Of a DNA stretch of 64,000 nucleotides, positions 56,619 through 64,000 are shown one piece after another. Position numbers and translations under genes: made by a program. The first letter of the stretch is position 1; each line of letters starts with the position of its first letter. The DNA is from Escherichia phage vB_EcoP_PAS59, in sequence record OQ921332.1; one strand, given 5' to 3'. The notes beneath the pieces are model-generated. The model searched no databases, was not told where the DNA came from, and worked only from the letters and a program-made list of their open reading frames with translations.

Positions 56619-57701
56619 TTAATCTACGAGATACTTAAATGCGTCTTCGTGACGAATACGACCCTCTGAGAATGCCTTGGCAACCTTAGCGTTGTCTGGC
56701 GTATTGGAAGAACGAGACTTAGAAGCATCGGACTTCACAACCTTGCGTGGAGAGCCGGGACGTTTAATCTTAGCCATCACTTGCTGCTTACCTTTATCAA
56801 ATTGGTATGCTTTGTGCAGAGCTAGGAAAATTGACGGACGGTTCTCTTTCAGCACTTCTTCTTCTGTAGCACCTAAGTCGATTGCATACTGCATCAGGTT
56901 CTGATACAAGTTGTCATCCCAATTAGGAATCTCACGTTTAAGTACGCTTACACATTCGGTACACTTAGCTTGGAAGAGCTGTTGTTCTTTTGCTTGTGCT
57001 TCCTGCTTGATTTTAAGCTGAGCTTGTTCAAGCTGTTGGCGACGAGCTGTATATTTTTCTAAGAAACGTTTGTTTTCTACATAAGCTTGAGGATCTTCTT
57101 GTGCGAGTTTGTCCCAATCAAAACCGTTGTAATCTTCAATTACTCGGTCTGCTTCTAGGGCAGCTAGTTCTAATACATCACCCAAACCAGAAACACGTTC
57201 TTCAAAAGCTTCAACATGACGCTGCAAAGTAGTCTCACGTTCGGACATTTCTGCACCAGTCAAATAGCCATTAGACAACTCTTCAATAGTCATCTCACGA
57301 CCATCAGGAAGGGTGATAACAGTTTCGTAATCTACGTCAAAGACTTCGCCTTCTTCGCCATCTTCATCACTGTCAGCAGCTTCATCGTGATCTGCTTCAC
57401 TGGAATCATCATCTTCATCTTCTCCATCAGAGAACTCAGACTCTTCCTCTTCTTCTTCACCTTCCTCTTCACGATCTTCCCAACCATCTTCATCTTCGAA
57501 CGCTAACGTATCGTCATCACCGAGAAGGTCGGAAGCATCAAGATCAAAAGTCTCAGACTGTTCTGGGAATTCATCATCAATGTTCACTTCTGGTTCACGT
57601 TCTGATTCTAATTGACTAAGCTCTTCTTTGAAGGAGCCTTTTAAGTCGTCTAGTTGGAGGAAAGATTTAAAATCGTTCGGGTCAATATAATCATTTGCCA
57701 T
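56619..57701 (-). CDS. scaffolding protein
   Basis: Highly acidic with long D/E runs and helical C-terminus, between portal and capsid. Confidence 0.55.
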   Translation of the reverse strand: MANDYIDPNDFKSFLQLDDLKGSFKEELSQLESEREPEVNIDDEFPEQSETFDLDASDLLGDDDTLAFEDEDGWEDREEEGEEEEEESEFSDGEDEDDDSSEADHDEAADSDEDGEEGEVFDVDYETVITLPDGREMTIEELSNGYLTGAEMSERETTLQRHVEAFEERVSGLGDVLELAALEADRVIEDYNGFDWDKLAQEDPQAYVENKRFLEKYTARRQQLEQAQLKIKQEAQAKEQQLFQAKCTECVSVLKREIPNWDDNLYQNLMQYAIDLGATEEEVLKENRPSIFLALHKAYQFDKGKQQVMAKIKRPGSPRKVVKSDASKSRSSNTPDNAKVAKAFSEGRIRHEDAFKYLVD

Positions 57702-57937
57702 TAGGAATTATCTCCTGCATTATTGATAGCAGCTTTTATGACCTCTTTTAAGCTACCAACCATTTTATACTTTTGATAACACTCTTCGCGTTTCTTATTC
57801 TCATGAGCCTCGGTTAGTACGATATCTTTCATGAGGGTTTCTTTCAATGCCTCTAATGCTGCGTCAAGAATGCCGTTGTGATTGAGAGCCGCCAAAGCGG
57901 CGGCGTGCTCTTTATTGAATTGCTGTCTTGTATTCAT
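57701..57937 (-). CDS. hypothetical small protein
   Basis: ORF between portal and scaffold. Confidence 0.35.
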   Translation of the reverse strand: MNTRQQFNKEHAAALAALNHNGILDAALEALKETLMKDIVLTEAHENKKREECYQKYKMVGSLKEVIKAAINNAGDNS

Positions 57938-57946
57938 TCAGTATCC

Positions 57947-60190
57947 TTATTTTCTACTACCAAGACGACGGTTAGGAATCCGTGAATCTTTGATTGAACT
58001 TTGCTGTTCTTTCTTAGTTTCATTTGCTTCTTTCTTTTGGAGTTCCAAAGTCTTATCTTGAATTTTAGCCTGATTTGCAACTTTCTCAACATCGACCTGA
58101 TGATCAAGAGTCATCTGCAATTCTTTAAGTACAGATTCATACTGACGGACCTGTTGCTGGAGTAAAGCCAACTTATGCTTAGCTTGTTCAAGTGTAGCAC
58201 TGTTATCTTCTTTACGATTCTCCAGAGTCATCTGATCAGCAGCATTCTCTTGCTTAAATTGCAGTTCTTCTTGACGTAAGCTAAACTCGTCCGCAGCTTT
58301 CTGCTGTTCAAACGTAGTACGTTCACGCTGGTCGAATGCATCAGCAATCATCTTCTGAGAAGAAGCCTGTACGTTCTCAACCTGTGCTTTAGTCATCTCA
58401 AGCTGGAGGATTTCCATCGGAGTTGGCTCAGGAGGTTGATACTGTTCCAGAGGCATCAAGTATTTGTGAGTATCTTTAATTCCCATCAACTCAAAGATCT
58501 GTGCAGTCATATAACGATCCTGTTCTAGAGTAAACAGAGGTGCTAACTGAGCATCAGCAGCAATCAATTGCTTCAGGCTAATGAGTTTCTGTGCACGTTC
58601 TGATTTCTCACTAGGAGAGATAGCTACAACAACCTGTAAGTTATGACGAGCAGGTAATTGTTTAGGGTGAACCTGAACCATACCACGAGGAGTTTGTACC
58701 TGTAAAGGAACTTCACCATTTTCTCGAACTAAATTATAAATACCACGCATCAATTCAACCATACCGTTGTGAGCAATGTTACGACAGACCATACGGAGAC
58801 GGTTCTGAGCAGCATTCATCATCAACCCAACAGTTGCATACGCGTTATCATTCTTAAACACATCAGGGTTAATACCCATACCGAGTTTAGTAACACCAGT
58901 ACGAGTTTCTTTCAATTCATCAGACATTCCCAGCAAGCCATCAATACCTTGAGGTAGATTATGGTATGGGAAGAGATCAATCGCATCCTGACGCTCCATT
59001 TCTACTACACCACCCGGACGGTTGTCTAACAAAGAACGACGGTCATACGCGCCTACAAGCGCCTTATATCGACCATAGTTAGCGTTATTTACGTTATCAA
59101 TGTAACCACGGACCAAAGCGGTACGTAAATCCTGAATATCTTTAGTAATATCATAAACCGACTGTCCATAGAATGAACCCGGAATAGGATAAGGGCAGAA
59201 AGTTACAAAAGGAATGCTAGTTACTTCCTCACAAGAGAGAATATGCTCACCTGCTTGAATGACTTGGTAGAGTTTTGATTCTTTATTCTTATCAAGTACA
59301 CCAGTACGGATATAGTGTTCATAAACCCATACCATACTTGCAATATCATCAGTATCAACACCGATATCAGCATCAGTGTCCTGTCTCCAGTCAGTACGTG
59401 ACCATGCAACAGTAGACTGAGTGGTGTCCATTGTGTCAGTCCAGTCGTTAAAAGCTTCGATTTCATCTTTAGGGAAGCCCATAGCAACCAAATCTTCTTT
59501 AGATTTACGTGTGCGATGACAGAAATATTGAGCATCTGCAAAAGAGGTAGCGTGTTCATCAACAAAGATCTGCTCTGAAGGAACATATTCTACTTTAACA
59601 CGTTTTACTGTTTGTTTGTAAGTTACTTTAACGTCCACTGTACCATCTTCATTGTCAGTGGTAAAAATTTCTAAATCTTGAAGCCCACCAGCTTCTAAAC
59701 CTTGGACATATGCAGCCAAAGCTTCCGGAGGAACACCCTCTGCTTCTTCTGTTTGAGTAGAAGTCTGTTCATCCCAATAGTATTTAATAAAAGAGTTACG
59801 TGTAACCAGACACTCTTGTGCCGCTGAAGAGATAATATTGTATCCCGGATTATCACGTAACAAAATTTGATTGACAAGTTTAGTGGCTACATCAGCAGCA
59901 TCACTATCTTCTTGGTTATCGGCTACGAAAGTTACCGCTTCGTCACCAGAACAGAACACGTTAATGATATCTTGGAGCGTACCATTCACTGATTCCCATA
60001 CCGTACGGTCTACCCAACTAGAACTACCAGCAGTAACTGGAGCAGGAAGGTTCCCATAGAAGTATTCCCAAGCCTCACGAGCATAGCCTTTTACAGCTAA
60101 GTCTACATAGCCTTGAGCATAATTGAATCGACGTTGAAGGTCAACGCGTAATTCATCCAAAACATCTTCACTAAATTTCTTCTTAGCCAT
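57947..60190 (-). CDS. portal protein (T7 gp8-like) with C-terminal coiled-coil extension
   Basis: 'FCPYPIPGSFYGQSVYD' resembles T7 gp8 'CPYIPIRMVRLDGESYGRSY'; size and position. Confidence 0.7.
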   Translation of the reverse strand: MAKKKFSEDVLDELRVDLQRRFNYAQGYVDLAVKGYAREAWEYFYGNLPAPVTAGSSSWVDRTVWESVNGTLQDIINVFCSGDEAVTFVADNQEDSDAADVATKLVNQILLRDNPGYNIISSAAQECLVTRNSFIKYYWDEQTSTQTEEAEGVPPEALAAYVQGLEAGGLQDLEIFTTDNEDGTVDVKVTYKQTVKRVKVEYVPSEQIFVDEHATSFADAQYFCHRTRKSKEDLVAMGFPKDEIEAFNDWTDTMDTTQSTVAWSRTDWRQDTDADIGVDTDDIASMVWVYEHYIRTGVLDKNKESKLYQVIQAGEHILSCEEVTSIPFVTFCPYPIPGSFYGQSVYDITKDIQDLRTALVRGYIDNVNNANYGRYKALVGAYDRRSLLDNRPGGVVEMERQDAIDLFPYHNLPQGIDGLLGMSDELKETRTGVTKLGMGINPDVFKNDNAYATVGLMMNAAQNRLRMVCRNIAHNGMVELMRGIYNLVRENGEVPLQVQTPRGMVQVHPKQLPARHNLQVVVAISPSEKSERAQKLISLKQLIAADAQLAPLFTLEQDRYMTAQIFELMGIKDTHKYLMPLEQYQPPEPTPMEILQLEMTKAQVENVQASSQKMIADAFDQRERTTFEQQKAADEFSLRQEELQFKQENAADQMTLENRKEDNSATLEQAKHKLALLQQQVRQYESVLKELQMTLDHQVDVEKVANQAKIQDKTLELQKKEANETKKEQQSSIKDSRIPNRRLGSRK

Positions 60191-60231
60191 CTAATCTCTC
60201 CCTCGGTGATAGCTTGGAAGGAACTACTAAA

Positions 60232-60259
60232 GGGAGGACAAAGCCTCCCCTATTTTTAG
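60232..60259. terminator. hairpin GGGAGG...CCTCCC between terminase and portal (orientation ambiguous)
   Basis: T-run follows on the + strand, not the - strand. Confidence 0.25.
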
Positions 60260-61809
60260 TAGGTCTGATTCCATCTGTTAATATTGTCTTGATAAAGCGA
60301 TGAACTACCATAACTAGCATCATGCTTACTACGTCCACGATGTGTTACAGAACAAGCTGAATATCGCATAGCATCCATCAAGTCATCATGTTCCTTAACA
60401 ATCTTGCCAACCTTACGGTGATAGCGAGCTTTCTCTTCAAAGAGTTTAGCACACGAAGCAATGTTAAAGATTTTGAAACGACCTGACATCATACGTTCAC
60501 GAATATCAGTAATTCCTGGCTCTACAAAGAAGTTCTTCTTACCATCCATTCCAATCTTGTTGTAGAAGGTCTCACTCTGTACATTAACTCCTGCATTCTT
60601 ATAGAATTGAGCAACAGATGAACCACTTCCCTTCTCAGTGTTATCGGCATCATGAGGAAGAATCACTGGAATCCACTGACCACGACCATTAATAGCTGGT
60701 GCATGATACACTGGAGTAAACCCACCTTCTTTATAGCAGTCATAAACATAAATCGTATCAGTGTTAGCATCATATGCTGTCCAAACAGCGGCTGTCGGGT
60801 GATCAATACCAATATCAATAGCACAAACACGTTTCCACGTATCTGGTATTTCGAAAGGATCGCACTTAACCATGTCATCTGATACATCATAAATTAAACC
60901 AGAACCAAGCAACGGCATACCTTTTGAACGCATCTCTAACTGCCATGCTGGAATACCTTCAGTCATATCTTTAATATCTTGGTCAGTGATGTGTCCACCT
61001 AAATCTACGTGAGCATCCCACCAAGAAGCGTTCTGGAAATATAGAGAACCTGTGTTCTCGTCCCCTTCACCTTTCATAAATTTATCCACCAGTTCTGTTA
61101 AACCGTTCTCTGGTGTAGCTGTAATAGTAACTAAACCTTTAGTTGTAAGTGTACGTGTTACACACTGAGAGAAGATTGCCATAGATTCATATGGATCTTC
61201 TTCGTCCAGCCAAATGTAATCAACCGTAGCACCCATCAATGTATGTTCACCCTGTTGGGTAGAACGGAACTCCAGTGTACTCAGACCGTCAAACTCGCCT
61301 CTCGCGTTTTGATGCTTAATCTGTACAATCTGTAATTTGTTCCCATCTCGTTCTATTGTGTCAATGACAATAGCATCACGAGGAATAACACCTGTTCCTA
61401 TTAGATTCATATCCTTTCCGATAGGTGTTCCAAACAATTCCTTTTGCAATACCTTTCTTGTAGAGTCCCCTGTAATCCCTACTGCCCAAGCCAATATGGG
61501 TCGATTAAATCTATAACCTGTCCACCAAGTTGGATAGCGACCTGTGACATGACAAGCAAACTCGTATGCCTCGCTGTAAGATTTACCAACACGGTTAGCT
61601 GCACACAGGAATCGGAAGCGATGCTTCAACCCTGCTGCATAGAATTTCTTCTGAAAGTCATAAGCTTTAAAAGCTAACATCTTGTTATATTTTCTCCACT
61701 GGTCCCTTTCTTTTAACATATTGAGCAAAGCTTTCTTTTCCTCTATACTCAACTTGTCTCCAGTTAGAGCTTCATAAATTTCTTTATCTAACGACATATA
61801 TTCCTCCAA
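60256..61809 (-). CDS. terminase large subunit
   Basis: Walker A-like 'LCAANRVGKS', 517 aa, directly upstream of portal. Confidence 0.7.
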   Translation of the reverse strand: MEEYMSLDKEIYEALTGDKLSIEEKKALLNMLKERDQWRKYNKMLAFKAYDFQKKFYAAGLKHRFRFLCAANRVGKSYSEAYEFACHVTGRYPTWWTGYRFNRPILAWAVGITGDSTRKVLQKELFGTPIGKDMNLIGTGVIPRDAIVIDTIERDGNKLQIVQIKHQNARGEFDGLSTLEFRSTQQGEHTLMGATVDYIWLDEEDPYESMAIFSQCVTRTLTTKGLVTITATPENGLTELVDKFMKGEGDENTGSLYFQNASWWDAHVDLGGHITDQDIKDMTEGIPAWQLEMRSKGMPLLGSGLIYDVSDDMVKCDPFEIPDTWKRVCAIDIGIDHPTAAVWTAYDANTDTIYVYDCYKEGGFTPVYHAPAINGRGQWIPVILPHDADNTEKGSGSSVAQFYKNAGVNVQSETFYNKIGMDGKKNFFVEPGITDIRERMMSGRFKIFNIASCAKLFEEKARYHRKVGKIVKEHDDLMDAMRYSACSVTHRGRSKHDASYGSSSLYQDNINRWNQTY

Positions 61810-61863
61810 TAAAATAAAAAAGGGAGAGATCCCTCGCGAAAAGAACCCTCCCCTCTATTCCTA

Positions 61864-62331
61864 TTAACTCTCGTCCGCTTCCTCCTCCTTTTCAGCGTCC
61901 TCAGAGTCCTCTGGAGGTAGCACATCCACTTTCAGTGCACCAGTCAAGAAGTCTCGAATCTGTGCGTTCAGTGATTCTTCATTGATTACATTCTCTTCCT
62001 CAATCTTAACCTCAACAGAAGCTGCCTTAGGATATACCAGATCAGCGACTTTACTTGCAGCCTTGAATCTAAGATCAGGTGGAATATTTGGATCTTCATA
62101 AATCTGAATCAACACTTCATCAGGAGACAGATGACTAGCAGCAACACGATCGAGCATGAGCTGTGTCAATTTACCTCTACTACCTTTGGGACGTCCAAAT
62201 TTATTACCTTTAGTGAACTTCCCTGTGTTTGGCTCCATACCCTTGGATTCAAGTTCTTCCGTTACTCCGGGTAATCTTCCTGTAATCTCAGCTACCTGTG
62301 CAGGCGTGAGTTCTCCTTTTTCTCCAAACAT
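61864..62331 (-). CDS. terminase small subunit (putative)
   Basis: 'GNKFGRPKGSRGK' DNA-binding-like motif, acidic C-terminus. Confidence 0.45.
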   Translation of the reverse strand: MFGEKGELTPAQVAEITGRLPGVTEELESKGMEPNTGKFTKGNKFGRPKGSRGKLTQLMLDRVAASHLSPDEVLIQIYEDPNIPPDLRFKAASKVADLVYPKAASVEVKIEEENVINEESLNAQIRDFLTGALKVDVLPPEDSEDAEKEEEADES

Positions 62332-62396
62332 CTTATACTCCTTCTACATTATCGTTATAACAAAAAGCCTCCCACGAGAGGAGGCAACACCTTTTA

Positions 62397-62897
62397 TTAG
62401 TCTACATCACCTACGTGTAGGTTGAACAAAGTCTGGAGAGCTACAGTTTCACCTTCCCAGCCAACTGGAATAGATTTGTCATTCTCTACCTCAAAAGAAG
62501 AGGACGCCAAAATTTTTTTGTATTCTTCAAGCTCGGGGTCCAGAGCTTGTTCACTAACATGCACCCACGTAACTACTTCATTACCTTCTTCATCAATTAC
62601 TACATTACGAGACCATTGCTCTTTTGAATTTAAATAATTATTCAGAGCCTCATACTCGGCTTCTTCAATCATCTCAATCATCTCACGGGCATAATCCGGT
62701 AGGTGTGCATGTTTGTCAGCTACATACGGAACAACTTCTAAATTGGATGGACACTTACGTTTAACTTCTGTGCAAAGAATGTCCTCTGATAAAGGACGAA
62801 GGTGGTCGAGAGCTGCATACTTAATATCGCCTTTACATCCCATGTTCTCATAGATTGCATTCAGTGTAGTAGTTCCTGTCATATTGTTATTCATCAT
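62397..62897 (-). CDS. hypothetical protein
   Basis: ORF only. Confidence 0.4.
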   Translation of the reverse strand: MMNNNMTGTTTLNAIYENMGCKGDIKYAALDHLRPLSEDILCTEVKRKCPSNLEVVPYVADKHAHLPDYAREMIEMIEEAEYEALNNYLNSKEQWSRNVVIDEEGNEVVTWVHVSEQALDPELEEYKKILASSSFEVENDKSIPVGWEGETVALQTLFNLHVGDVD

Positions 62898-63204
62898 TCT
62901 CTCCTTCAGTATTTACGTTATCACTATAACGATAATCTTTAAACGTCTCAGCCTTGTAACTCACAAAGCATCTCATGTATAACCAGCCCAATGAACTAAT
63001 GTCCATCGTAGCATCAAAATCTTCATCATCGTCTAGGTCTACTAATCTACCCAAACAAGTTATTACTTCAGTGTCTCCAACTTCTTCAACTTTAAATGCA
63101 CATTTCTCAGTGCGGAAGTAAGGAAGCAGCTCTGATAAAAAGTCTAGAATCATTTTATATCTCCTCTGATAAAGGGAGTGATCAACCCATAAAGGCGTAC
63201 TCAT
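62887..63204 (-). CDS. hypothetical acidic protein
   Basis: ORF only. Confidence 0.35.
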   Translation of the reverse strand: MSTPLWVDHSLYQRRYKMILDFLSELLPYFRTEKCAFKVEEVGDTEVITCLGRLVDLDDDEDFDATMDISSLGWLYMRCFVSYKAETFKDYRYSDNVNTEGENDE

Positions 63205-63735
63205 CTAAAGGCCTACCCATGTATGAACCCATGTACGCTGATGTAAAGGGGACTCCATAAAGGCCATGTCATGTTAAGGCTTACCCATTAAGGCTTATCC
63301 ACCCATTTACTATTCCTCACCTTACCACAGTCTGCACATCTCCATGTACTCTTGTAATAAGCGTGTAATCGTTCATCACCTCTTGATATCCGGATTGGAT
63401 AGTACTCGTGATTACATTTAATCTGTCGAATAATCATCTTCAATTTCCACATAAAGTTGTTCCTCACTCTTAAATCCACAACTAACGTTGGGGCATATAG
63501 TTATATATAAGGGTTTAAAATTCTGATTTGACCGGATGGACCTAGCCTCTCCGAGCGCGTTTCCTAAAAAGGGGGAGTCCTCATTTAAAAAAGGGTTATT
63601 ACCGATGCAATTGCCTTTAGGAAAACAACCAGCCTTTAAGCCCTAAGCCCTAGCTCCCTTGCTACCAGTGGTATGCCTACCCATTAATACCCTACCCATT
63701 GATATTAGACATTGATTATCTACCCATGTATATCT
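63184..63735. repeat. dispersed CTACCCAT(G/T)-type short repeats (at least 5 copies)
   Basis: Copies near 63214, 63282, 63677, 63692, 63721. Confidence 0.45.
63288..63479 (-). CDS. small Cys-containing (zinc-ribbon-like) protein
   Basis: 'CNHEY...CADCGK'. Confidence 0.35.
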   Translation of the reverse strand: MDLRVRNNFMWKLKMIIRQIKCNHEYYPIRISRGDERLHAYYKSTWRCADCGKVRNSKWVDKP

Positions 63736-63845
63736 AACCAGTGAATACATACCCGTATTTCTCTTACTCATGTTGAGAAGGGATGAAAGGCTAGACTCTG
63801 ATGTACTGTACAGGCATACTGATAGTGACTATAATAACTGACATA

Positions 63846-63926
63846 ATAACCTATGATAACTAATGATAACCTATGTAAACTATATCAATCCTCACACTAC
63901 CCCAAGTTTAATAGTGATAACCTATG
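63846..63926 (+). repeat. direct repeats GATAACCTATG (2 exact, 1 lacking the first G, 1 degenerate)
   Basis: 63846-55, 63865-75, 63916-26. Confidence 0.5.
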
Positions 63927-64000
63927 TTAATGTTTCATGAGTGGATTATTGATGTATGTATCATTAGACTGGTATTAGTTTCTTTTATCATTCTTTTAGG

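Noticed and set aside
61821-61863. Possible terminator after the small terminase gene
   Set aside because: Only a 4-5 bp stem (GGGA/UCCC) despite a good U-run; too weak to call.
62341-62349. TAATGTAGA element upstream of the putative small terminase gene
   Set aside because: It directly abuts the ribosome-binding site about 10 nt from the start codon, too close for a -10 element with a normal leader; also one mismatch.
63846-63926. CRISPR array at the GATAACCTATG repeats
   Set aside because: Repeats are 11 bp with irregular 8-40 bp spacing, far from CRISPR geometry (about 28-37 bp repeats with regular spacers).
1-64000. Phage-encoded single-subunit RNA polymerase
   Set aside because: No ORF of suitable size or motifs in this window; consistent with host RNAP redirected by the phage sigma, though it could lie outside the window.

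Overview
This window is a contiguous segment of a tailed dsDNA bacteriophage genome, densely coding, with two convergent transcription blocks. Positions 1-31,922 carry + strand early/middle genes: an unusual amide-bond enzyme island, a T7-type replication module, nucleotide metabolism, a phage sigma factor and many homing endonucleases. Positions 31,995-63,479 carry - strand late genes: terminase, T7-like portal, scaffold, capsid, tail fibers, lysozyme and internal virion proteins. The blocks meet at a bidirectional terminator near 31,957-31,994. The phage-encoded sigma factor, absence of a phage RNA polymerase and a recurring TAATGTATA element suggest a phiEco32-like podophage of enterobacteria, but this is a tentative assignment from memory. 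The strongest candidate for an undescribed system is the co-directional island at 1,948-9,244 (two GS-fold amidoligases, an Ntn glutamine amidotransferase, an ATP-grasp ligase, a gamma-glutamyl cyclotransferase-like protein). Other notable signals are a group I intron with an HNH gene splitting the DNA polymerase, a probable -1 frameshift fusing the capsid to an Ig-like domain, two genes that appear to start at AUU, and an HNH insertion in a spanin-like locus. All calls rest on reading the sequence and remembered family motifs; no searches were run, and no tRNA or CRISPR array was seen.
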